From the sequence record SRR20825010_813: a stretch of DNA of 35,957 nucleotides, one strand, 5' to 3'. The notes under the pieces were generated by a model. The model did not search any database. It saw only the letters and a program-made list of their open reading frames with translations, and was not told the origin of the DNA. The position numbers were made by a program, and so were the translations under genes. This document shows, in pieces, positions 8,946 through 16,364 of the stretch (its first letter is position 1; every line of letters begins with the position of its first letter).

Positions 8946-10493
8946 ATGGCAACTCCTGGAGAGAAACTAGCAGAATCGCTAGAAAAGCTGAAGGAACTAC
9001 AAGACAGCGGTATAGCAGGAATTAAAGCAAGTGACCTTTCCCGTGTACATAGAGAAAGACTGGTTGCTAACGGATTTATTCGTGAAGTGATTCGTGGATG
9101 GTACATTGTAGCACCTTATGATGAACAACAAGGAGACAGTACTTCCTGGTTCACCTCTTTCTGGGGATTTTGCTCCCGATATTTGGAAGATCGCTACGGA
9201 GAAGATTATTGCATTTCGGCAGAACAGTCACTATTCATACATGCAGGGAGTGCATCTGTACCCCATCAACTTGTAATTCGGTCAACGAAAGGGAACAACA
9301 TGCCCGTTGAACTGCTTTTTAATACATCCTTGTTCGTGATGAAGTCAACGTTGCCAGAGAGAGCAGAGGTCGAAATCAAAGAAGGCGTGAGGATTATCAA
9401 CCTTCCTTCTGCGTTAATTCATTCGCAACCATCTCTATTTCGAACACACCCGACAGATGCACGCACAGCCTTATTGTTGATTCGAGATGCTTCTGAACTA
9501 TTAGGTATGTTGTTAGATGGTGGACATTCGACCATTGCAGGGCGATTGGTGGGAGCCTATCGCAATTTAGGACAAGACAAAATCGCCAATGAGATTCTGA
9601 AGACCATGAAAGCAGCCGGTTATGATGTAAGAGAAACAGATCCTTTCGAGGAAGAAACTCCAATTGCATTGAATCCACGTGAAAAATCACCTTACGTAAA
9701 CAGGATTCGTTTAATGTGGCATGAAATGCGAAAAGAGGTTATTGCTGTATTTCCAAAACCGAATAGACTTCCAACGGATACAGACAGCTATATTACAAAA
9801 ATGGTGGAAATCTATACAACGGATGCCTATCATTCTTTATCCATTGAAAAATACAGCGTAACGCCTGAATTAATTGAGCGTGTACGATTGGGTTCTTGGG
9901 ACGCTAAAGAAAATAAATCCGATCGACAACAAAAAGATGCTATGGCGGCTAGAGGTTACTGGCAGGCCTTTAATGCCGTTAAAGAAAGCATTAAAAAGAT
10001 ACTGAATGGCGAAAATGCGGGCACTATTGCTGATCAAGAGCATAGCGATTGGTTCCGTGAATTATTTGCTCCAAGTGTAAATGTAGGCATCTTAAAACCT
10101 TCCGATCTAGCAGGATATCGAACCAATCAAGTTTACATTGGAAAATCAAAACACACTCCTATCAAAAAAGAAGCAGTGAGGGAAACCATGCCAGTTCTTT
10201 TTGAACTATTGCAAACAGAAGAACATGCGGGTGTTCGATCAGTTTTGGGGCATTTTATTTTTGTGTTTATTCACCCATACATGGATGGTAATGGCAGAAT
10301 GGGGCGATTTTTAATGAATGTTATGTTGGCTTCCGGTGGTTATCCATGGACTGTAATTCCCGTAGAAGAAAGAGACCGCTACATGGAAGCACTAGAAGCT
10401 GCAAGCGTGGATCAAGATATTAAACCTTTTGCTGAGTTTGTTGCTTGGTTGGTGGAAGAAGGCATGAAGGGGACACCGGTGGCGAAGGTGTAA
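8946..10493 (+). CDS. Fic (Fido) family protein with long N-terminal extension
   Basis: Catalytic motif HPYMDGNGRMGR (10272-10307) and inhibitory-helix-like SLSIEK (9834-9851). Confidence 0.93.
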   Translation: MATPGEKLAESLEKLKELQDSGIAGIKASDLSRVHRERLVANGFIREVIRGWYIVAPYDEQQGDSTSWFTSFWGFCSRYLEDRYGEDYCISAEQSLFIHAGSASVPHQLVIRSTKGNNMPVELLFNTSLFVMKSTLPERAEVEIKEGVRIINLPSALIHSQPSLFRTHPTDARTALLLIRDASELLGMLLDGGHSTIAGRLVGAYRNLGQDKIANEILKTMKAAGYDVRETDPFEEETPIALNPREKSPYVNRIRLMWHEMRKEVIAVFPKPNRLPTDTDSYITKMVEIYTTDAYHSLSIEKYSVTPELIERVRLGSWDAKENKSDRQQKDAMAARGYWQAFNAVKESIKKILNGENAGTIADQEHSDWFRELFAPSVNVGILKPSDLAGYRTNQVYIGKSKHTPIKKEAVRETMPVLFELLQTEEHAGVRSVLGHFIFVFIHPYMDGNGRMGRFLMNVMLASGGYPWTVIPVEERDRYMEALEAASVDQDIKPFAEFVAWLVEEGMKGTPVAKV

Positions 10494-10519
10494 TTTGAAG
10501 TGTTATACTATTGTAATAT

Positions 10520-10596
10520 GCATTAGAAAATTGGCTCAAGTTGAATAAGATCGATCCAACATCGGTGTTTGTCCTCAAATATCAATAGCGAATAAA
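10520..10596 (+). pseudogene. Right copy of the repeat: orphan 22-codon 3' fragment of the 7170-8759 gene
   Basis: Encodes ALENWLKLNKIDPTSVFVLKYQ*, 19/22 aa identical to the C-terminus of 7170-8759. It overlaps the stop codon of 10582-11280. Confidence 0.88.
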
Positions 10597-11280
10597 TGTG
10601 TCTTCACAGGCGACTTGCATGTATTGAAATCCTTTATATTTTTGATTTGAGATAAAATCGTACCAAGGAAATGCTTCTATTTCTGCTGTCGCTTTGAATA
10701 ATTCATCAATAGAAACCCAAAAAAGCTCTCTTCCGCTTCCGTAACCATAGTTCACATAAAAGCTCATTCCCGTAGGTTTGAAATAAAACTCGCCATTGGC
10801 ATTTTTAACTCGTTCTTCTTTAATTCTGATCTCAGTAATTCTATCGAGGTCAATAATATGAATCTCCGAAGGAGGGTAAAGGTATTCCTGAGTACCATCT
10901 GGAAGAGTCAGAATCATCGGGTCTCCATATTCGTCTACAAGCGGCATATCGGACTGAACTCGAACTTCAAAGTAATTTGATTTATACGTGGTGTAAATTG
11001 TGTCAAGTGTTTTCTTATTGATTTCATATTCGACATACGGAATTGGATACCATCTGCCGCGATTAAACGCATCATCTCCCTGATAGTAGATTTGCATTTT
11101 ATTTGATTCAACGTTCAATTTGATCGTTTTTAGAACGCTATATGTTGTATCGAAAAGAGCTTTGTTTGCCTCTATATTCTTGACCGCAATCCAGCGCCAT
11201 TTAATACATGTTGTATCCTGTGCAACAGAAATCCCTGTGAGCAACAACATTCCTACTATAAGTAAACTTTTCATATTCAT
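10582..11280 (-). CDS. Secreted protein, divergent GldN/PorN-like
   Basis: Signal peptide. Segments KWRWIAVKNIEANKALF, ITEIRIKEE and ELFWVSIDEL echo GldN motifs as recalled (WRxIDL..N.PLY, YRIKEDW, LFWxYxPEL). Confidence 0.55.
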   Translation of the reverse strand: MNMKSLLIVGMLLLTGISVAQDTTCIKWRWIAVKNIEANKALFDTTYSVLKTIKLNVESNKMQIYYQGDDAFNRGRWYPIPYVEYEINKKTLDTIYTTYKSNYFEVRVQSDMPLVDEYGDPMILTLPDGTQEYLYPPSEIHIIDLDRITEIRIKEERVKNANGEFYFKPTGMSFYVNYGYGSGRELFWVSIDELFKATAEIEAFPWYDFISNQKYKGFQYMQVACEDTFIRY

Positions 11281-11329
11281 TATTTAGTACTGAATGTTGG
11301 TTTTCTAAAAAGGTAAACATTCTTTGACC

Positions 11330-11704
11330 TTACCATCTGAAGAGAAACGAAATAAAAAGAGTGAAAAGCGAAACGACCAATGTCCCAATTACGAACAAAG
11401 CAATGTTAATTCCTTTGCTAAATCCTCTTGTTTTGAAATAATGACGAAACAAAACATCCAATCCCCAACCGAGGCAATAGAACAAATTAACGATCACAAG
11501 ATAGATTCCCAGTACAAACAAACGTTCTTGAAATCGGCTAGAACTAAATCGGAATCCATAACGCACAAAGAAAAAGGAAGTCACAATAATTCCAACGATG
11601 ATAATATTGTATAAAATCCGCATTCTCTCCCACCAACGAACACTCGCTAAAATGGAACTATCGGTACTTTTTTCTTCTCCTATGTCTAGTAGATCATCAC
11701 TCAT
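11330..11704 (-). CDS. Hypothetical membrane protein (3 TM helices)
   Basis: Three hydrophobic segments, WWERMRILYN motif; ATG at 11704 just after the tex stop. Confidence 0.7.
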   Translation of the reverse strand: MSDDLLDIGEEKSTDSSILASVRWWERMRILYNIIIVGIIVTSFFFVRYGFRFSSSRFQERLFVLGIYLVIVNLFYCLGWGLDVLFRHYFKTRGFSKGINIALFVIGTLVVSLFTLFISFLFRW

Positions 11705-11709
11705 AACTC

Positions 11710-13818
11710 TCAAATTCGTTTTAATCCAACGCGCTTTCTTGCAACATCCACTTCCATCACCCGCACTTCAACATGTTCATGCAAAGAAATAAACTGCGAA
11801 GGATCCTCAACGTATTCATCCGCCAATTGCGATTTATGAATGAGTCCATTTTCCTTAATTCCAATATTAACAAACGCTCCGAAATTAGTCACGTTAGTTA
11901 CAATTCCCGTGAGTACCATTCCCACTTCTAAATCTTCGATGGACTTCACGCGATGATCGAACTCCAAAACTTTAACCGTTTGTCGTGGATCACGTCCCGG
12001 TTTTTTCAACTCTGAAACAATATCATTGAACGTAAATTCATCCATCGTTGGAAAATCCGTTAGCTTCAACTGACTAATTGCATCGCTATTTCCCAAGAGT
12101 CCATCTACTTTCACTCCGAGTTTTCCTGCCATTTTCTCCACCAATCCATAACTTTCTGGGTGAACAGATGAATTATCCAATGGATTCTTCCCATCGCGAA
12201 TTCTAATGAAACCAGCTGCTTGCTCAAATGATTTTCCTCCCAAACGCGGAACAGCTTTCAATTCTTCCCGCGAAGTAAACTTTCCATTTTCACTGCGATA
12301 CTCTACAATTTTTTCGGCAAGACTCAATCCCAATCCAGATACGTAGCTCAATAAATAGGGAGATGAAGTGTTCACGTCTACTCCAACGGTATTTACCGAC
12401 GAAACAATTACGTCATCCAAGGCACTTTTCAACATTGTTTGATTCACCTCGTGTTGATACTGTCCAACGCCGATTGATTTCGGGTCAATTTTCACCAACT
12501 CTGCCAGTGGATCCATTAATCTTCTTCCGATAGAGACAGCTCCGCGCACGGTAATATCGTAATCGGGAAACTCTTTTCTTGCAATCGAACTTGCTGAATA
12601 AATCGATGCGCCATCCTCACGGACAACGAACACCTGAACTTCGCGATTGAATTGAATATGTTTTACCAAATTTTCCGTTTCTCGGCCTGCAGTTCCATCA
12701 CCGATTGCGATTGCTTCAATCTTATATGATTCTACCAACTGAGCCAATTTCGCTTTTGCTTTCGCGGCTTCCTTTTGCGGCGGATGTGGAAAAATAGTTG
12801 CGTTGGTCAATAAATTTCCAAATTCATCAATACACACCACTTTACATCCCGTTCTAAATCCAGGATCGATGGCCAAAATTCGTTTAGATCCCAAAGGTGG
12901 TGCGAGTAACAACTGGCGAAGATTCGTGCTAAAAACACCGATCGCTTCTTTATCTGCCTTTTCCTTTTGAACAGATAACAATTCATTTTCCAACGAAGGA
13001 CGAATCAACCTTTTGTAGGCATCACGACTAGCATCTGCGACTAAATCTCCGCAAGCATCGTTGCTTCGAACAAAGAATCGTTCTACTTGTTCAAGTGCCA
13101 ATTCCTCTTCTGGTCGCGCTTTTACATTCAACAATCCTTCTCTGCTTGCCCGGTATAGCGCTAAAAATCGGTGAGAAGGAACACGGTAAATAGGCTGTGA
13201 AAAATCAAAATAATCTTTGTATTTGTCCGCGATCTCCTCTTTTCCTTTTACTAGTTTAGATTGAAGCATCGCTTTTCGTTCGAATGTTTTTCTCAGACGA
13301 TCACGCATCGCGCCGTTCTCGTTCATCCATTCAGCGATAATATCTTTTGCGCCAGCCAAAGCCGTTTCAACATCAAAAACTTCTCCTTTGAGAAAACGCT
13401 CCGCCATTGTCTCAGGATCACCGCCTCGTTGCGACATAATCATTTTCGCCAAAGGTTCTAGTCCAAGTTTTCTTGCTTTTTCTCCGCGTGTCAATCGCTT
13501 CTGCTTATATGGCAAATACAAATCTTCTAGTTGGATTGAATTAAAACACGACAAAATTCGCTCTCGTAAAGTATCCGTGAGTCTTCCTTGTTCCTCAATT
13601 GCAGAGATAATCGTTTTCTGACGACCCGTTAAATCCTCAAACTGTTTTGCTTCGTCACGAATTTGCGCAATCTGAACCTCATCCAAACCGTTCGTTCGCT
13701 CCTTTCGATAGCGCGCAATAAATGGGATTGTTGCACCTTCGCTCAAAAGTTCGATCACACTTTTTACCGACTTTTCTGGTAGCCCTGTACTATTTTGGAC
13801 AAATTCTTGTAATTGCAT
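11710..13818 (-). CDS. tex: Tex family RNA-binding transcription accessory protein
   Basis: EGATIPFIARYRKERT, LEDLYLPYK, YqgF-like AIDPGFRTGCK, HhH region and C-terminal S1 (VTNFGAFVNIG). Start corrected to MQLQEF at 13818. Confidence 0.95.
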   Translation of the reverse strand: MQLQEFVQNSTGLPEKSVKSVIELLSEGATIPFIARYRKERTNGLDEVQIAQIRDEAKQFEDLTGRQKTIISAIEEQGRLTDTLRERILSCFNSIQLEDLYLPYKQKRLTRGEKARKLGLEPLAKMIMSQRGGDPETMAERFLKGEVFDVETALAGAKDIIAEWMNENGAMRDRLRKTFERKAMLQSKLVKGKEEIADKYKDYFDFSQPIYRVPSHRFLALYRASREGLLNVKARPEEELALEQVERFFVRSNDACGDLVADASRDAYKRLIRPSLENELLSVQKEKADKEAIGVFSTNLRQLLLAPPLGSKRILAIDPGFRTGCKVVCIDEFGNLLTNATIFPHPPQKEAAKAKAKLAQLVESYKIEAIAIGDGTAGRETENLVKHIQFNREVQVFVVREDGASIYSASSIARKEFPDYDITVRGAVSIGRRLMDPLAELVKIDPKSIGVGQYQHEVNQTMLKSALDDVIVSSVNTVGVDVNTSSPYLLSYVSGLGLSLAEKIVEYRSENGKFTSREELKAVPRLGGKSFEQAAGFIRIRDGKNPLDNSSVHPESYGLVEKMAGKLGVKVDGLLGNSDAISQLKLTDFPTMDEFTFNDIVSELKKPGRDPRQTVKVLEFDHRVKSIEDLEVGMVLTGIVTNVTNFGAFVNIGIKENGLIHKSQLADEYVEDPSQFISLHEHVEVRVMEVDVARKRVGLKRI

Positions 13819-13837
13819 ATTAAAAACTATTGGAAGA

Positions 13838-13845
13838 CAAAAATA
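13838..13845 (-). promoter_or_regulatory. -7 element (TATTTTTG) for tex
   Basis: Exact TAnnTTTG match 19 nt upstream of the ATG at 13818, supporting the shorter start. Confidence 0.55.
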
Positions 13846-13900
13846 GAAATCTGATTCATGATCCTTCTGTTTTCTTATCTTCGAATCAACAATTAACATT

Positions 13901-14218
13901 ATGAAATATTTTTTTCTCCTCATTACCGTGATTTTATTCTTCGCATGTACTCCCAAAACAGCAGAAATTATCACTCCCGTTGTAGTTGAAACTGACCAAA
14001 CTTCCAAGGAACCAGAAATGCCAACGCACCCGATTGGAGAAGGAAAATTGGTATTTATTACAAAATGTACTAATTGTCACTATGTAAAAGTTGTTGAGGA
14101 CTTTTCGGCAAAACAATGGGAGAAAATTTTACCAATTATGATTGAACAAGCCAATTTGAATGAAGAAGAGGCAGCAAATGTTAAGGCATACATTGAATGG
14201 GAATTGACCAATGAATAA
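13901..14218 (+). CDS. Small monoheme cytochrome c lipoprotein
   Basis: Lipoprotein signal ending ILFFA-C, heme motif CTNCH, candidate distal Met in WEKILPIM. Confidence 0.8.
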   Translation: MKYFFLLITVILFFACTPKTAEIITPVVVETDQTSKEPEMPTHPIGEGKLVFITKCTNCHYVKVVEDFSAKQWEKILPIMIEQANLNEEEAANVKAYIEWELTNE

Positions 14219-15278
14219 TCTTTTAAACGAACTCGTTGTAATTGATGCAAGTACGGTTTTAGCAGGACCTTCTGTAGGAACTTTTTTTGCAGAACTAGGA
14301 GCGAAAGTGATTAAAGTCGAGCATCCTAAATTTGGTGATGTAACGCGTACTTGGAAAACAGCCAAAGAGGATAGCGACTCTTCTGTTTCGGCCTATTTTT
14401 CGTCTGTTAATTACAAAAAGGAATACAAAAAATTGGATTTATCCAATCCTGAAGATAATGCTGCATTCAAAGAACTCGTTTCCAGTGCTGATATTTTACT
14501 TACCAATTTTAAACGCGGCGATGATGTTAAGTTCGGCATTGAAGACGAAGTGTTGCGTGAACAAAATCCATCGTTGATTATTGGTAAAATCAATGGTTAT
14601 GGAGAAGATAGTGATCGCGTAGCTTATGATTTAATTCTGCAAGCCGAATCTGGTTTTATGTCAATGAATGGCACACCAGAGAGTGGTCCAGTGAAAATGC
14701 CTGTTGCATTAATAGATGTTCTTGCGGCGCATCATTTAAAAGAAGCACTTTTATTGGCACTTTTAGAGCGAACGAAAACAAATACTGGCGTTTCGGTGAG
14801 TGTTTCGCTGTACAACGCTGCCGTGAGTAGTTTGGTAAATCAGGCTTCTAATTATTTAATGTCCGATTTAGTGGCGCAAAGAATTGGTAGTTTACACCCG
14901 AACATTGCTCCGTATGGAGAATTATTTCAAACGAATGACGGCGCGACAATTACATTCGCGATCGGATCGAATACGCATTTTGAGAAATTATGTCGTGTTT
15001 TAGACCTTGACAGCTTAATCGTAGATTCAAAGTTCGAGAATAACCAATCGCGCGTTGCAAATAGAACTCTTTTGTCAGAATTTATTACTGAGAAGTGTCG
15101 TCAGCGATCGAGTAAGGAAATTCTTGCAGAACTAGAGGAAGCCAATGTCCCTGCAGGAAAAATCACCTCCCTTGATGAAGTTTTTAATTCGGAAAATGCG
15201 CAAAACCTTGTTCGCGAGGAACTGATCAATGGAGTTTCAACCAAACGTATTACTTCAACTGTTTTTACATGGAAATAA
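14211..15278 (+). CDS. Family III CoA-transferase (CaiB/BaiF)
   Basis: VLAGP, ELGAKVIKVEHP, AYDLILQAESG, catalytic-Asp region VALIDV, HPNIAPY. Confidence 0.92.
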   Translation: MNNLLNELVVIDASTVLAGPSVGTFFAELGAKVIKVEHPKFGDVTRTWKTAKEDSDSSVSAYFSSVNYKKEYKKLDLSNPEDNAAFKELVSSADILLTNFKRGDDVKFGIEDEVLREQNPSLIIGKINGYGEDSDRVAYDLILQAESGFMSMNGTPESGPVKMPVALIDVLAAHHLKEALLLALLERTKTNTGVSVSVSLYNAAVSSLVNQASNYLMSDLVAQRIGSLHPNIAPYGELFQTNDGATITFAIGSNTHFEKLCRVLDLDSLIVDSKFENNQSRVANRTLLSEFITEKCRQRSSKEILAELEEANVPAGKITSLDEVFNSENAQNLVREELINGVSTKRITSTVFTWK

Positions 15279-15718
15279 CAATCCGAACCCCGGAATCGGA
15301 AGCAGAATGGCAAGCGTACTACGATTTACGTTATCGAATTCTCCGCGAACCTTTAGGTCAACCGAGAGGAAGTGAGCAGAACGAAGGAGATGATTCTGGA
15401 ATTCATTTTGCGCTTTTTCAAGCTGGGAAAATCGAAGCAATTGCGCGACTGGACTACGATAACATTGAAAAAGGAATCGCTCAAGTTCGCTTCGTAGCAG
15501 TAGAAAAAAACCTTCAAGGCAAAGGGTTTGGAAAGAAAATTATGCTTGCTGTAGAAGACGCTTCTAAAAACCGTGGAGACAAAAAAATGATCCTTCATGC
15601 CCGAGATTACGCCGTTGATTTCTATTTAAAGCAAGATTACACGCTGATTGGAGAATCTTATTTGCTTTTTGGGCAATTACAGCACTTCCTAATGGAAAAA
15701 ACGTTTGTCTTACTTTAG
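15269..15718 (+). CDS. GNAT N-acetyltransferase
   Basis: LRYRILREPLG, acetyl-CoA loop VAVEKNLQGKGFG, LHAR, AVDFY. Confidence 0.9.
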   Translation: MEITIRTPESEAEWQAYYDLRYRILREPLGQPRGSEQNEGDDSGIHFALFQAGKIEAIARLDYDNIEKGIAQVRFVAVEKNLQGKGFGKKIMLAVEDASKNRGDKKMILHARDYAVDFYLKQDYTLIGESYLLFGQLQHFLMEKTFVLL

Positions 15719-16273
15719 TTTTCGAAGCCGTGTTTCGATCTTTTTAGTAACCAATTTGAAAAGTAACTCCGCATCTTTCTCGTTTAACTTTCTTCCGAAG
15801 CGAACTATTTTCCCGAGGTAATCAAATTCTAATCTTTCTCCTCCGGTAATCCACGGTGATTTCTCCCAAGCTGCTTGAAAAGAGCGTTCTTTTGGTTGAT
15901 GTAAACGGATTTTTGAGATGTTTTCCAGTAAAAATCGCTGTGCGCGACCATAGGATTTAATCGAGCGTTTGTAGGAAAGTGTCACCTCATCTATTTTCAG
16001 TAATTCTTTCCCCCAAAGCATCCAGAGGAATGATCTTCCGACACGAATGGCATAGTATCCCCAAAAAGCTAAGAAAATCCAAACAATTATCTCTTCTTGA
16101 TTTGTCAACGTGAAATTGGCGTAATACCAAATAATGATTCCACCAATGGTTAACCACATTGCAACCCACGCTCCCATTACACCTTTCATCCAACCAATAT
16201 CTTCTGGTTCAACGACGATGGTGAGTTTGTTTTTATCTTCAACGAAAGAAATTCGATTTCCAATCCATTTCAT
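15710..16273 (-). CDS. Hypothetical membrane protein (2 TM helices plus soluble domain)
   Basis: ATG of MKWIGNRIS at 16273 follows a -7 element; two hydrophobic segments. Confidence 0.75.
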   Translation of the reverse strand: MKWIGNRISFVEDKNKLTIVVEPEDIGWMKGVMGAWVAMWLTIGGIIIWYYANFTLTNQEEIIVWIFLAFWGYYAIRVGRSFLWMLWGKELLKIDEVTLSYKRSIKSYGRAQRFLLENISKIRLHQPKERSFQAAWEKSPWITGGERLEFDYLGKIVRFGRKLNEKDAELLFKLVTKKIETRLRKLK

Positions 16274-16277
16274 ATCG

Positions 16278-16285
16278 CAAAAGTA
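16278..16285 (-). promoter_or_regulatory. -7 element (TACTTTTG) 4 nt upstream of the start codon
   Basis: Exact TAnnTTTG match just downstream of the upstream gene's terminator. Confidence 0.6.
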
Positions 16286-16312
16286 CCTATTTTTTAGGGT
16301 TGAGTGCAAAAG

Positions 16313-16345
16313 AAAAAGGACGATACGTAGTGCATCGTCCTTTTT
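16313..16345 (-). terminator. Intrinsic terminator after the Omp28-like gene
   Basis: Inverted repeat AAAAAGGACGAT / ATCGTCCTTTTT with a 9-nt loop, 20 nt past the stop at 16365. Confidence 0.82.
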
Positions 16346-16364
16346 GAATACTTCTAATTGATTT

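Larger units (their letters stand above)
8691..10519. mobile_element. Integrase-less single-gene genomic islet carrying a Fic gene
   Basis: 1829-bp unit bounded by the diverged direct repeat. It separates two convergent genes whose overlapping ends are duplicated. No recombinase gene inside, so mobility is inferred. Confidence 0.65.

Noticed and set aside
8753-9106. 117-aa minus-strand ORF ending in FIRY like the GldN-like protein
   Set aside because: It is antisense to the Fic start and runs through the AT-rich repeat array. Only the last four codons are homologous, which the duplicated junction explains.
13819-14007. 63-aa N-terminal extension of Tex in the ORF track
   Set aside because: It overlaps the divergent cytochrome c gene; the promoter motif and Tex homology support the start at 13818.
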